From contig OY730476.1 of NCBI GenBank assembly GCA_963422735.1, positions 2,912,001-2,976,000 on the forward strand: 64,000 nt of DNA, read 5' to 3'. Source of the stretch: Candidatus Latescibacterota bacterium. Its GTDB lineage: Bacteria; Latescibacterota; UBA2968; UBA8231. The notes under the pieces were generated by a model. That model did no database searches, was not told the origin of the DNA, and worked only from the letters and a program-made list of their open reading frames with translations. The number at the start of each line of letters is the position of its first letter. Position 1 is the stretch's first letter. Below, piece after piece: positions 1 to 10,019 of the stretch. The position numbers were made by a program, and so were the translations under genes.

Positions 1-272
1 AGTTCGGTGGTGATTTTCTCGTGGGTGCGAATCGAGCGGCCGAGATCGCCGCGCAACAGGCCGGTGAAGAAGCGGTAGAACTGCACGTGAAAAGGCTGGT
101 CGAGGCCCATGGTCGCCCGCAACTCGGCCAAGCTCTCGGCATTGGCGCGCTCCCCGAGCATGACTTGGGCCGGATCTCCTGGCACCAAGTAGAGCATCAA
201 AAAAACCAAAAGCGAAATACCCGCCAGCGTCGGCAAGAGCGCAATGAGCCGCCTGAGGACGAAGCGGTACAT
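1..272 (-). CDS. dppB: Peptide/nickel ABC transporter permease (DppB-like), truncated by window edge
   Basis: Manual translation from ATG at 272: MYRFVLRRLIALLPTLAGISLLVFLMLYLVPGDPAQVMLGERA...GLDQP...GDLGRS, a typical DppB/OppB N-terminus; lies directly downstream of the DppA-like gene. Confidence 0.88.
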   Translation of the reverse strand, partial: MYRFVLRRLIALLPTLAGISLLVFLMLYLVPGDPAQVMLGERANAESLAELRATMGLDQPFHVQFYRFFTGLLRGDLGRSIRTHEKITTE

Positions 273-275
273 GGC

Positions 276-1835
276 TCAAGGGGCCAGCGCGGTGCTGTGG
301 AACCACTTGCTGCCGGTTGGATGCAGCTTGAAGCCAGTGACGCGGCGCTGGAAAGCCACCGTCTGCGTCGCGTGTACTAGGGGGACCCAAGGCGCGTCGC
401 GGTGGACGATTTCCTGCGCTCGGGCGTAGAGCCGCGTACGCTCGCCGCGGTCGGTGGAGCGACGGGCCGCGACGAGGGCGTCGTGCAGCTCGGCACTGCG
501 GTAGAAGGAGATATTCTGGGCGGGCTTGACTGCCGCGGTTGAGTCGAGGAGTACGTAGAGGAAGTTGTCCGGGTCGCCGTTGTCGCCGGTCCAGCCCAAC
601 AAGGCCATCTGGTGCTGGCCGTCGAACACCTTGTCCAAGTACGTCCCCCATTCCCAAGACACAATGCGGGCGCGGATGCCCACCTTTTCAAGGTCGGCCT
701 GAATCGCCTCGGCGATCTTGCCGGGCTGCGGCATATAGGGCCGTGGCACTGGCATGGCCCACAGTTCGGTCTCAAAGCCGTCGGCATAGCCGGCTTCCGC
801 CAGCAAGGCCCGCGCTTGCGCCGGATCATAGCCATAGCCCGCAATGGTGTCGTTGTAGCTCCACAGGGTCGGCGGGATGGGGTTTCTGGCCGGCATGGCC
901 AATCCCTTGTAGAAATTATCCACGAGGGCCTGCTTATCCACAGCGTGGTTTACGGCTCGGCGCACCCGCACATCGTCGAAGGGCTTCTTGTCCGTATGCA
1001 TGGCCAAGTAGCCGATGTTCAGGCCCGCCTGCGTCAAGAGGTGGAGGTTAGGGTCGGCGCGGATCGGCTCAATGTACTCAGGGCTGAGGTTGTCGAAGCC
1101 GTGGATCGTGCCCTGTGAAAGCTCCAAGAAGCGCACCGAGGCTTCCTGAATGGGCTTGAAAATTAGGCGGTTGATCTGGGGCTTTGGCCCCCAGTAATCG
1201 CGGTTGCGCTCCAAGACGATGCGCTCGTCCTTGCGCCATTCGACAAAGCGAAAGGGGCCGGTGCCGACCGGATTTTTGAAGTAATCGCGGCCGTAGCGGG
1301 CCACCGCAGTGGGGCTGATGGCCGCACAGAAGTTCATCGCCAAATTCGCCAAGAAGGGGGCATGAGGCTCTTTGAGACGGATGACAAAGGTCGAGTCGTC
1401 TGGGGCCTCTAGCGCGGCGACGATGTCGTCCATGCCCATGGCCTGCCAGTACTTGTACGCGCCAGCGACTTTGTGGAAGGGATGGTCTTTGTACAACTGC
1501 CGCCCGAGCGAAAACAGCATGGCCTCGGCATTAAAAGGGGTGCCGTCGTGGAAGCGGACCCCGGTACGCAAGTGAAAGGTCCACGTGAGTTGATCGTCCG
1601 CGATGTCCCAAGAATGCGCTAGCTGCGGCACGACGGCCGTGCTCGCGCTGTCGTAGGTCACCAACGTCTCGTAGATGTTGTCGCAGACCTTGAACGATTC
1701 GCCGTCGTTTTCAATCCCCGGATCCAACCCGATTGAATCCGAGCCGCGGCCAAAGACCAGCGTCTGCTGTGTGCGTTCCTCTCGGCCGCAGCAGACGAGC
1801 AGGGCGACGAGCAGGAGGGCGACAAAACGCTGCAA
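276..1835 (-). CDS. dppA: ABC transporter substrate-binding protein, family 5 (DppA-like lipoprotein)
   Basis: NIYETLV, PVGTGPFRFVEW and GWTGDNGDPDNF motifs; likely TTG start at 1835 giving a signal peptide ending LLVCCG; the ORF-track extension to 2090 overlaps the upstream gene. Confidence 0.9.
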   Translation of the reverse strand: MQRFVALLLVALLVCCGREERTQQTLVFGRGSDSIGLDPGIENDGESFKVCDNIYETLVTYDSASTAVVPQLAHSWDIADDQLTWTFHLRTGVRFHDGTPFNAEAMLFSLGRQLYKDHPFHKVAGAYKYWQAMGMDDIVAALEAPDDSTFVIRLKEPHAPFLANLAMNFCAAISPTAVARYGRDYFKNPVGTGPFRFVEWRKDERIVLERNRDYWGPKPQINRLIFKPIQEASVRFLELSQGTIHGFDNLSPEYIEPIRADPNLHLLTQAGLNIGYLAMHTDKKPFDDVRVRRAVNHAVDKQALVDNFYKGLAMPARNPIPPTLWSYNDTIAGYGYDPAQARALLAEAGYADGFETELWAMPVPRPYMPQPGKIAEAIQADLEKVGIRARIVSWEWGTYLDKVFDGQHQMALLGWTGDNGDPDNFLYVLLDSTAAVKPAQNISFYRSAELHDALVAARRSTDRGERTRLYARAQEIVHRDAPWVPLVHATQTVAFQRRVTGFKLHPTGSKWFHSTALAP

Positions 1836-1836
1836 C

Positions 1837-2826
1837 CTAGTCCTCAAACGCCGCGTCAAAGGCAATGTCCGAGGGAGGGAAATCGACCTGCTTGACGAAG
1901 GCGGCCGCTTCGGTCGCGCCATGGACGCGATCCATGCCGCTGTCTTCCCATTCGACCGACAGCGGCCCTTGGTAATTGATGCGGTTGAGGGCGCGAATGA
2001 TTTCCTCGAAGTCGATATTGCCACGGCCCAACGAGCGGAAGTCCCAGTAGCGCCGGCGGTCGCCAAACTCGGTGTGCCCGCCGAAGACACCGGCGTCGGT
2101 CGGCGTCGCAGACCAGCCTACATCCTTCATGTGGACGTGGAAGATGCGGTCGCTGAATCGGTAGATAAACTCGACGTAGTCCACGCCTTGGTAGCCGAGG
2201 TGGCTGGGGTCGTAATTGAAGCCAAAGGCCGGGTGGCCGTCGAGTGCTTGGATGGCGCACTCAGCCGAGGCGATATCAAAGGCGATTTCAGTAGGGTGTA
2301 CCTCTAGTGCGAACTTGACGCCGAGCGCTTGGTATTGGTCGAGTATGGGTTTCCAACGCGCAGCAAAATCCGCGTAGCCCGCCTCGATCATGTCGGGGGA
2401 TACCGGCGGAAATGAATAAAGCAATGACCAGATCGAGGAGCCGGTAAAGCCGTTGACCACGTCAACCCCGAGCCGGGCGGCCGCTTGACCCGTGGCGATC
2501 ATCTTTGCGGCCGCGCGCTGGCGCACGCCTTCTGGGCTGCCGTCGCCGAAGATGCGCGGCGGCAAGATGGCCTGATGACGGCTGTCGATAGCGTCGCACA
2601 CTGCTTGGCCGACGAGGTGATTGGAAATGGAAAACAGCGAGAGATCGTATTTTGCGAGCAGTTCGCGCTTGGCCTGGCAATAGGCATCTGTGGCTTGGTC
2701 AACCTCAAAGTGGTCTCCCCAGCAGGCCAGTTCCAGGCCCTCGTAGCCGAATTCAACGGCCTGTTGGCAGAGGGTCTCGATGGGCAGGTCGGCCCACTGG
2801 CCAGTAAAGAGGGTGACGGGTCGCAT
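1837..2826 (-). CDS. Sugar phosphate isomerase/epimerase (xylose isomerase-like TIM barrel)
   Basis: [27 protein letters not shown] and SVEWED metal-binding motifs. Confidence 0.9.
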   Translation of the reverse strand: MRPVTLFTGQWADLPIETLCQQAVEFGYEGLELACWGDHFEVDQATDAYCQAKRELLAKYDLSLFSISNHLVGQAVCDAIDSRHQAILPPRIFGDGSPEGVRQRAAAKMIATGQAAARLGVDVVNGFTGSSIWSLLYSFPPVSPDMIEAGYADFAARWKPILDQYQALGVKFALEVHPTEIAFDIASAECAIQALDGHPAFGFNYDPSHLGYQGVDYVEFIYRFSDRIFHVHMKDVGWSATPTDAGVFGGHTEFGDRRRYWDFRSLGRGNIDFEEIIRALNRINYQGPLSVEWEDSGMDRVHGATEAAAFVKQVDFPPSDIAFDAAFED

Positions 2827-2903
2827 TGCAGTTGCTCCTTGTTGGTGTTTGTATGCGAGGGAGTATATACGCCGGTCGCTGCCGGGGTGTCAAGGCCAGG
2901 CCG

Positions 2904-3656
2904 CTAACGGCCGAGCGATTTTTCTCGCCGGAGGTCAATGTCAAAAATGCGCAGATAGCGGCCCTGAAACTCGCCGATGACCTCGGGAATCAAATCCTCG
3001 TCGAGATCGAGCAGACCCATGCGCTCGCCAAACGGCTCGGGCGACTGCCACTCCAAGTCGAAGAAGCGGGCGTCGAACACGTAGCCGTCGTTGAGCACGA
3101 TCTCGTCTTCGTCGTCCCCATCTACGTCGCCGATGAGGATCTGATGGGCCGTTAGGTCGGTCTGGTCGCTGCGCCACTGCTCGTACTGGTCGCGACCGTC
3201 GTACACGATTAAGCGGCCATCGGCACAGAACACGAGCTCGGGCTGGGGGTCGTTGTCAATGTCGCAGATGGTCAGGCTGGTAATGCGGGTGTATTCATTG
3301 GGCGAGTTGCTCCACAGGAGCGCATAGTCCTGAGAGTCGAAGTAATACACACGGCCATGGTTGGTATAGGCGACGATCTCGTCGAGTTGGTCATCGTTGA
3401 TGTCGAGGACGAACACGCCGGCCACGGCCCCTTCGAGATAGTCGCTATCCCACACCTCAGTATAGGTGCGGTCGCGCGCTTCATAGACGTGGATCCGGCC
3501 GTCGTTGTCGCCGAGCACGAGGCGGGCTGGGCCTTCACCTGCGGGCAGGTGCTGGATATTGTCGAATTCGTCTAGGTCGCCGCTATAAGCTGGCCATTCC
3601 GCGGCTTGGCTCGACAGCGGAGCCAGCCATAACGCGCATACGATCAACCGCAACAT
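2904..3656 (-). CDS. Secreted protein with FG-GAP-like Ca-binding repeats
   Basis: Signal peptide MLRLIVCALWLAPLSSQA; repeats DINDDQLDEIV, DIDNDPQPELV, DVDGDDEDEIV, DLDEDLIPEVI. Confidence 0.7.
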   Translation of the reverse strand: MLRLIVCALWLAPLSSQAAEWPAYSGDLDEFDNIQHLPAGEGPARLVLGDNDGRIHVYEARDRTYTEVWDSDYLEGAVAGVFVLDINDDQLDEIVAYTNHGRVYYFDSQDYALLWSNSPNEYTRITSLTICDIDNDPQPELVFCADGRLIVYDGRDQYEQWRSDQTDLTAHQILIGDVDGDDEDEIVLNDGYVFDARFFDLEWQSPEPFGERMGLLDLDEDLIPEVIGEFQGRYLRIFDIDLRREKSLGR

Positions 3657-3663
3657 GATGGGA

Positions 3664-4869
3664 TTACTCCTTGGTGGCGGCCGCGCGAGCGGCCTCATAT
3701 ACGGAGAGCAAGGGCACTTGGTGCTCTTGGGCTAGCCGAGCGCAGTCCTCGTATTCAGGGGCGGCGCGGCGGCGTCCGTCTATACAGCTAAACTTGACGC
3801 CAACCTCCCCGTACGACGTGGCAACGGCGCGGGTCTGGCGTTCCAAGATGCGGCGTTCCACTCCGTAGTAGCGAAGGCCAATGGTAGTCGTCTCTCGCAG
3901 GACGATCGCGGCTAGCTCGTCCAAGCGGCCCGCTGGAGCGAGGACGCTGAGGACGTTGCCTGGGCGGCCCTTCTTCATGAGGACCGGCGTGGCGTACACG
4001 TCGCAGGCGCCCTGCTCTAGCAGCTGGTCGAATAGGTAGCCGTACACTTCTGGATTCATGTCGTCGATATTGGCTTCGATCAGCAAGACGCGCTCGCTGG
4101 TCGGCGCACACTCGCCCAAGCGCAGACGCAATAGATTGGGGATAGCGTCTAAGTCGCGGCGGCCCGCGCCATAGCCGACGGCCTGCTGGCAGAAGGGCGG
4201 CTGCGGCCCAAAGGAACGAGCCAAGGAGGTGATAATCGCCGCCCCGGTCGGGGTAACGAGTTCGGCGCGGATATCGGTCTGTTCGGTCGGCACGTCGCGG
4301 CAGAGGGCCAAGACCCCAGGCACCGGCACCGGGTAACGCCCGTGCGCACAGCGCACAAAACCCGTGCCAAAGCGCAGAGGCGAAGCGCAGACCTCGTCCA
4401 CCTCCAAAAGCTGGAGGCCGGCCACAGCCCCTACTACGTCTATCAGGGCGTCGAGGGCACCCACTTCGTGCAGGGCGACTTCGGCGGGCGCGGCGTTGTG
4501 TACCTCGGCTTCGGCTGCACACAGGCGATCAAATACGCGGATGGAGCGTTCCTTGACGACGCCATCTAAGCAGCTATCGGCAATGCGGCTGGTTATATCC
4601 TTGAGGTGGGCGTGGACGTGCGTGTACTCGCCAGACAGGTCGAGATGGTGCTCGGCGTCGGCCAAAGGCGCACCAGCCACGCAGACCTTGGCGCGGGTGG
4701 CGGCAATGGCGTGCCGGGCGGTGGATTCGCGCTCAATAGCGACGTCCTGTACGCCCAGCTTGGCGATTTCTCGGTTGAGGTCCTCTAGCGCGAGACCAGC
4801 GTCGAGCAGGGCACCCAAGATCATGTCGCCGCTGATCCCCGAGAAGCAGTCGAAATAGGCGATTTTCAT
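3664..4869 (-). CDS. larC: Nickel-pincer cofactor biosynthesis protein LarC
   Basis: YFDCFSGISGDMILGALLD, HEVGALDA, ELVTPTGAA, EANIDD, MKKGRPG and PEYEDC motifs; His-rich segment. Confidence 0.93.
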   Translation of the reverse strand: MKIAYFDCFSGISGDMILGALLDAGLALEDLNREIAKLGVQDVAIERESTARHAIAATRAKVCVAGAPLADAEHHLDLSGEYTHVHAHLKDITSRIADSCLDGVVKERSIRVFDRLCAAEAEVHNAAPAEVALHEVGALDALIDVVGAVAGLQLLEVDEVCASPLRFGTGFVRCAHGRYPVPVPGVLALCRDVPTEQTDIRAELVTPTGAAIITSLARSFGPQPPFCQQAVGYGAGRRDLDAIPNLLRLRLGECAPTSERVLLIEANIDDMNPEVYGYLFDQLLEQGACDVYATPVLMKKGRPGNVLSVLAPAGRLDELAAIVLRETTTIGLRYYGVERRILERQTRAVATSYGEVGVKFSCIDGRRRAAPEYEDCARLAQEHQVPLLSVYEAARAAATKE

Positions 4870-4884
4870 CTTCGCGTCCCGCGC

Positions 4885-5286
4885 TCAGGGCAGGTGCTTG
4901 AGGTCGGCCTTGCGCTTCTTCCAGTCGAATTCTTCGGCAAAGTCGTACACATCGACGAAATCTTCAATCCGGTCCTCGTCTGTTTTGCGCAGCAAATTCG
5001 CGCCGACCAAGTTGAAGACAATCTCGCCGAAATCGCGCGTTTGCTCAATGCCCCAGTGGGCAAAGACCGAACAGGTGAGCGGCCCAAATTGATCGGCGCT
5101 GTACTCGCTGATGCCAAAGAGCAGATCCCGGCCGGAAATGTGCCGCTTCTCTTCGGTCAAGGCGTCCTTGCCGAGCTTTTGCACCGTGTATTCTAGCGCA
5201 TCGTACACAAAGAGATACGCATCGCTCTTATAGCGACCGTCGCGCTCGGCCAGATTTTCGATTTCTTGTAGCGATTTTGATCCCAT
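4885..5286 (-). CDS. Minf_1886 family uncharacterised protein
   Basis: DGRY..DAYLFVYDAL, RHISGRDL, FGPL..VF.HWGI..T.DFGEIVFNLV and D.IEDF..VYDF pattern. Confidence 0.75.
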   Translation of the reverse strand: MGSKSLQEIENLAERDGRYKSDAYLFVYDALEYTVQKLGKDALTEEKRHISGRDLLFGISEYSADQFGPLTCSVFAHWGIEQTRDFGEIVFNLVGANLLRKTDEDRIEDFVDVYDFAEEFDWKKRKADLKHLP

Positions 5287-5304
5287 GACAACGGCCAATA
5301 CAAA

Positions 5305-6636
5305 CTAGGGCAGTGCGGATGTCAAGGGGTCGGAGGCGAGACGCCAAGTGCGCGGGTCAAGCGCGAGGATGTGCAAGAGCGCGTCGCGCCTGTGGACGAA
5401 GTCAGGCAACAGGTCGTCGGCTAGGGTTGGGACGACATTGCCTGTGTTGATGTGTTCGGGATTGATGTGTTGATCGTCCTTGATGATTTCGTAGTGCAGG
5501 TGGGGGCCGGTCGCAAGGCCAGTGGTACCCACTTTGCCGATGATCTCTTTTTGCTGTACGAGCTGACCCTTGCGAACCAATATCTTGCTCAGGTGTGCGT
5601 AGCGGGTGCGGTAGCCATTGGAATGAACGATTTCGACTAACTTGCCGTAGCTGCCTTTCCAGCCGGCGTACGCGACCTGCCCTCGGGCCGTAGTCCACAC
5701 TGGGGTGCCGGTCGGCGCACCGTAGTCCGTGCCCAGATGGGGGCGTTGCTTTTTGTGGATGGGATGGAAGCGTTGGCGGTTGAAGCGCGAGGTGATGCGA
5801 TTGACCCTGAGGGGCTTGAGTACGAACATTCGGCCGAGGGAGCGACCACTGGCGTTGTAATAGGCGTCCTCCCTCTCGGCGGAAGCATAGCGGACCGCCA
5901 ACTCGGTCACTCGTTCACCTTCGTACTGCGCCAAAAGGACGTGGCCGTAGCGGACGAAGCGCCCGTCCATGTAGAGCTTTTCAAAGACGGTTCCCAGACG
6001 ATCGCCGCGGCGCGGGTCGCGCTGAAAATCGATGACTGCGCCAAATATGTCATCGACGAGCAAGTCGCTGAGCGCACTGCCCTCCCCGGCTGCGCTGATG
6101 GCGTTGGAGAGATTGTCCTTGATGTACACTTCGAGCCGCTCGACCCGTCGCTCCAGCGGCAACTGCAACTGACGGCCAACGAACTGGCCATCGCGCAGCT
6201 TTACCTCGATCGGACGATCCGGGGTGCGGCGGGGCGTGTAGCGGAAGCGGTGAATGACGCCACTGGTGTCGATTACGACCTCGTAGTAGTCGCCCGGCTT
6301 GGCTTGCGCGGGGTCAAAAACCGCGTACAAGGCTTGGTACAGTAGCTCCAGTTGGTGGTTCGGGACGCGATGGTACTTGAGCGAACGATCAATGGAATCC
6401 CCGCGACTCAGAGCGGCGGCAATTGTCCGCGTGGGATTGTCGGGCCGGGGCGCAAGCCGGGGGCCGACAAAGGGCGACTCCACAACTGCGGCCGACGCGG
6501 CCGGAGCAAGGGCTACTTCCCCGAGTTGGGCGACAGCGGCCGCCGAGTGCTGAGAGGACATCCCCAAGCGCAGCGCCATAAACGCGAGGGTACTCAAAAG
6601 GATGCCCCAGAACCAGATGGCAAATCCGAATCGCAT
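5305..6636 (-). CDS. M23 family peptidoglycan DD-endopeptidase (MepM-like)
   Basis: HLGTDYGAP, YAHL and ATGPHLHYE zinc motifs; N-terminal hydrophobic anchor. Confidence 0.9.
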   Translation of the reverse strand: MRFGFAIWFWGILLSTLAFMALRLGMSSQHSAAAVAQLGEVALAPAASAAVVESPFVGPRLAPRPDNPTRTIAAALSRGDSIDRSLKYHRVPNHQLELLYQALYAVFDPAQAKPGDYYEVVIDTSGVIHRFRYTPRRTPDRPIEVKLRDGQFVGRQLQLPLERRVERLEVYIKDNLSNAISAAGEGSALSDLLVDDIFGAVIDFQRDPRRGDRLGTVFEKLYMDGRFVRYGHVLLAQYEGERVTELAVRYASAEREDAYYNASGRSLGRMFVLKPLRVNRITSRFNRQRFHPIHKKQRPHLGTDYGAPTGTPVWTTARGQVAYAGWKGSYGKLVEIVHSNGYRTRYAHLSKILVRKGQLVQQKEIIGKVGTTGLATGPHLHYEIIKDDQHINPEHINTGNVVPTLADDLLPDFVHRRDALLHILALDPRTWRLASDPLTSALP

Positions 6637-6774
6637 ATTCAATTGATGTATGGAAAGGAAAAGGGAGAAAAAGCAAAGAGCTTGACAACAGTTGGAGGAG
6701 GGGACTGTTGACCAATATCGACAAAACCTTACCATATATAATGTTACGCCATTTAAGTGTCAAGGACTTTTAAG

Positions 6775-7824
6775 ATGGATAGTCGGCTCTACGACCTGAA
6801 AGCCATGCTGCCCGACGAGCTCAATCGGCTCGTTGGCGAACTCGACGAACCAGCGTACCGCACTCGTCAGATCCTCGATTGGCTCTACGTCAAGGGCGTG
6901 CGCGACGTGTGCGAGATGACCAATATCTCCAAAACTTTGCGGGAAAAGCTGGCCGAGCGGACGCACATTACTTGCCTGAGCCTCGTCAGGTGCCAAGAGT
7001 CGGCCACGGGCGAGGTCGCCAAATTCCTCTTTGAGCTGCCCACCGGGCAGCGGATCGAGGCTGTGCTGATCGCGGATGGCACCCGGCGCACGGCCTGCCT
7101 GTCGTCGCAAGTAGGCTGCCCGCTCGACTGCAAATTTTGCGCCACCGGGCGGATGGGACTAGTAGCCAACCTCGAAGCCGGACAGATCGTCGATCAGCTC
7201 TTGCAGGTGAGCCACTTCGCCCGCGGACGAGGCGAGAAGGTGACCAATGTGGTGATGATGGGAATGGGCGAGCCACTGCTCAACTACTCGGCGGTCGTGC
7301 ATGCCCTAAAGCTGATGCGCCTAAAAGAGGGCATTGGGTTGGGGGGACGGAAAATCACCGTGTCCACCGCGGGTTACATCCCGGGCATCCGCCGGCTCAT
7401 GGCCGAAGATCTCAACGTGGGGCTGGCCATTTCGCTCAACGCCACGACCGACGAGATGCGTGAGCAGCTTATGCCGATCAACCGCAAGTACAAGATCGCC
7501 GACCTCTTGGCGGTCGCGCGCGAATTTTTCGCCTGTCGCGGCTATGGCGTCACCTTTGAATACGTGCTCATGGCCGGGTTGACCGATGCGGACGCTGACG
7601 CGCGGCGGTTGGCCGAACTGACCCGCGACATTTCCTGCAAGATCAACCTCATACCCTACAACGAAACGGATGCAGATCCCCGCTTCCGCCGGCCAGCCCG
7701 TCGGTGCCTAGAGCAGTTTTACCAAGTGCTCAGAGGCTGCGGCGTCGAATTTACTGTGCGCCAAAGCCGCGGGCGAGACATTGACGCGGCCTGCGGCCAG
7801 CTTTACCACCGCCAAACAAAATGA
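6775..7824 (+). CDS. rlmN: 23S rRNA (adenine2503-C2)-methyltransferase RlmN
   Basis: CLSSQVGCPLDCKFCATG radical SAM motif, MGMGEPL, C-terminal DIDAACGQL. Confidence 0.96.
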   Translation: MDSRLYDLKAMLPDELNRLVGELDEPAYRTRQILDWLYVKGVRDVCEMTNISKTLREKLAERTHITCLSLVRCQESATGEVAKFLFELPTGQRIEAVLIADGTRRTACLSSQVGCPLDCKFCATGRMGLVANLEAGQIVDQLLQVSHFARGRGEKVTNVVMMGMGEPLLNYSAVVHALKLMRLKEGIGLGGRKITVSTAGYIPGIRRLMAEDLNVGLAISLNATTDEMREQLMPINRKYKIADLLAVAREFFACRGYGVTFEYVLMAGLTDADADARRLAELTRDISCKINLIPYNETDADPRFRRPARRCLEQFYQVLRGCGVEFTVRQSRGRDIDAACGQLYHRQTK

Positions 7825-7834
7825 GCTTGAGATC

Positions 7835-8356
7835 GTGAACTTCAAAGGTCATGTCTTGGGAGGGGTCATCGCGGGCAGCGGCATGGCGGCCGGCGCGGTT
7901 TACTCAGGCCATGTCGCACCCGACGACCTGACGACCCAAGCCGCCGTTGGTGGTACCGCGCTGTTCTTTTCTCTCTTTCCCGACTTAGACACGGCTTCGG
8001 TAGCGCAGCGGTGGTTTTTCCGCGGCGTCTTCTGCGCCTTGCTCTATCTGGGCTGGACCGAACACTACGAGTTGGCGACTATCGTGGGCCTCTTGTGCGT
8101 CCTACCGCTTTTGGATCACCACCGCGGCTGGACGCACTGGAAGATCAGCCCGTTCATCACCGTAGGGGTGCTGGGCACGACCTACGAATACTGGCGGGCG
8201 CGGCAGGCTTTTCTGGGGGAATTTACTTGGGACAACGTACGCGTCCTGCTGGAAGGGCACTGGATTTTCTTTATTGCCGGCATCGTCGGTTGGTACACTC
8301 ATCTATTGCTAGACGGGCGCTTCAAAGTGTTCCCCATCAGCCAAGACCACCACTGA
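7835..8356 (+). CDS. Membrane metal-dependent hydrolase (YdjM/DUF2227-like)
   Basis: FKGH, FPDLD, HHRGWTH and HLLLD motifs between hydrophobic helices; GTG start at 7835. Confidence 0.8.
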   Translation: MNFKGHVLGGVIAGSGMAAGAVYSGHVAPDDLTTQAAVGGTALFFSLFPDLDTASVAQRWFFRGVFCALLYLGWTEHYELATIVGLLCVLPLLDHHRGWTHWKISPFITVGVLGTTYEYWRARQAFLGEFTWDNVRVLLEGHWIFFIAGIVGWYTHLLLDGRFKVFPISQDHH

Positions 8357-8362
8357 GGCGGC

Positions 8363-8737
8363 TCAGTCGCACTCGGCCTTGGCGTCTTTATCTTTACTCT
8401 TGCGGACGAACTTCTTTATTTTGCCGATGGCCTCGGGCACTAGCCCGATGATCTGACTCCAACCGGCCTCCTGATCGCCGATGGACGCCACCTGCACCTT
8501 GCCGTCGGCATCGACGATGAGGAAGGCGATGGGTTCAATGTTCGCGCCGCCGCCCGTCCCGCTCTGCCCCTTGCCCTCCAGCCCTCCGCCGGCACCAAAG
8601 CCAAACGATATTTTCGATACCGGAATAATGGTCAAGTCGCCGGACTGAAACGGCTGCCCGATGACGGTTTCGGTTTGCACGATGCGGTGCAACTCGCCTA
8701 GGACGCGCTCCACTAGGGATTCTACAGACGATGCCAT
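8363..8737 (-). CDS. YtfJ/GerW family protein
   Basis: TVIGQP..GDLTIIPVSKISFGFGAGG...GGGANIEPIAFL signature. Confidence 0.88.
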   Translation of the reverse strand: MASSVESLVERVLGELHRIVQTETVIGQPFQSGDLTIIPVSKISFGFGAGGGLEGKGQSGTGGGANIEPIAFLIVDADGKVQVASIGDQEAGWSQIIGLVPEAIGKIKKFVRKSKDKDAKAECD

Positions 8738-8752
8738 GAAAAGCTCCTCGGC

Positions 8753-9400
8753 TTAAATCGGAGTGCGGAAGCGCGCGGCCAACAAGCGGTATGCCACCTG
8801 AGAGCCAAAGCGCCCCAAGAGCAAAATTAACAAGCCCAAGTGCAAATGAGCGCTCAAGTCCAAGCGGCCAAAGGCCCCCGCGCGCACGAAATCCGGGCTG
8901 ACGTTTATTTGTACCTTTCCCTCGTGCGCTGCAACCGCCTGTAAATAGCCGTAGATTCGCCCGGTTTGGGCCGGGTTGGCAAAGCCTAAGCAGCCCTGGA
9001 TCCGCAGCCTTTTGAGCCGAACGGTGCGCGGCAGGCTCGCCAATAGCCTCAGGCTGGGCCTAATCAGCAGGCGCACGAGCGAGCGCAGGTTTCGCTCGCT
9101 GGCTTTGGGCGCGGCCTCTTGCTTGGCTCGTCGCCGCGCTCTTTGCCTGCGCTTCACTTGGGTCCGCAGCGGCAGCGAGAGGTACGGCAGGAATTGGCCC
9201 AAGAGCACGGGCGCGATACAAAGGCCCTTGGGGCCCCATCGCAGACCAAGCCCTAGTCCTCCCCAAAAAAAGGACAGCCGCACACCCCATTCCCAAGACT
9301 CCGGGAGACCCTCGCGCCGGCAGCGCAAGGCAAGGGCCATAGGGGCACACAGCGCGCCGAGGCCAAGCGCACCGAGCGCGGGGAATAGCCAGTCTAGCAT
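8753..9400 (-). CDS. DUF2953-like membrane protein
   Basis: GFANPAQTGRIYG and INVSPDF motifs; immediately upstream of the ytfJ-like gene, its usual partner. Confidence 0.7.
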   Translation of the reverse strand: MLDWLFPALGALGLGALCAPMALALRCRREGLPESWEWGVRLSFFWGGLGLGLRWGPKGLCIAPVLLGQFLPYLSLPLRTQVKRRQRARRRAKQEAAPKASERNLRSLVRLLIRPSLRLLASLPRTVRLKRLRIQGCLGFANPAQTGRIYGYLQAVAAHEGKVQINVSPDFVRAGAFGRLDLSAHLHLGLLILLLGRFGSQVAYRLLAARFRTPI

Positions 9401-9516
9401 GAAGGGGGGCGCGGCTTTTGCTGCCACGCCGCGTTCCAATCCGTACGTCTGCTAAACTGCACGACGGCGAACAAGGTGACAAAGCACAACAGAATGACCT
9501 GCTAGGGCGGTTGGAT

Positions 9517-9786
9517 TCAGCCGGGCAAGCGAGTCAAAATCAGCGTTTCGAGCGCAAGAAGAGTTGTTAGTTGGATGCCAACAACCCAACGGGTCAACGT
9601 GTCGATGCGTCGGTTGGCGGCGACGAACTCTCGTTGCATGTCTTGGCGTAGCTCGCCAATCGCTCGCTCAACGCTATCTATCCGCTTCTCAATGCCGTCC
9701 AGTCGGCGGTCTAACTGCTCGACGATACCCTCCAAGCGGCCAATGCGCCGGTCGTGCTCTTGGGCTTGCGTGATGGGGTAGGGCAT
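9517..9786 (-). CDS. Small coiled-coil protein with C-terminal transmembrane helix
   Basis: Heptad pattern RIGRLEGIVEQLDRRLDGIEKRIDSVE followed by hydrophobic WVVGIQLTTLL; GGAG RBS upstream. Confidence 0.7.
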   Translation of the reverse strand: MPYPITQAQEHDRRIGRLEGIVEQLDRRLDGIEKRIDSVERAIGELRQDMQREFVAANRRIDTLTRWVVGIQLTTLLALETLILTRLPG

Positions 9787-9898
9787 GTTCTGCGTCTCCT
9801 TGTGTGAGCCAAGGCACAGCGGTCAAGCTAGTTTACAACCTATCGGAGCGCGCTGGTTCAGTCAAGCCTTTCTACGGATGCGAACAGGGGCTTCAGCC

Positions 9899-9927
9899 TT
9901 GACAGCACCCTCGTCGTACGTTAGGCT
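9899..9927 (+). promoter_or_regulatory. Sigma70-type promoter upstream of the 10020 ORF
   Basis: TTGACA-17 bp-TAGGCT, followed by a GTAAGTTA direct repeat (9938-9963). Confidence 0.55.
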
Positions 9928-10019
9928 TGGATTAGACGTAAGTTACAGTTAAAAAGTAAGTTAGGCTTTTTTTCGCCAAGGGGTCAAGCACCCAGTAACA
10001 GCGACGAAGGACGAACCGA

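Noticed and set aside
1836-2090. N-terminal extension of the DppA ORF
   Set aside because: It overlaps the epimerase gene in another frame; the signal peptide points to a start near 1835
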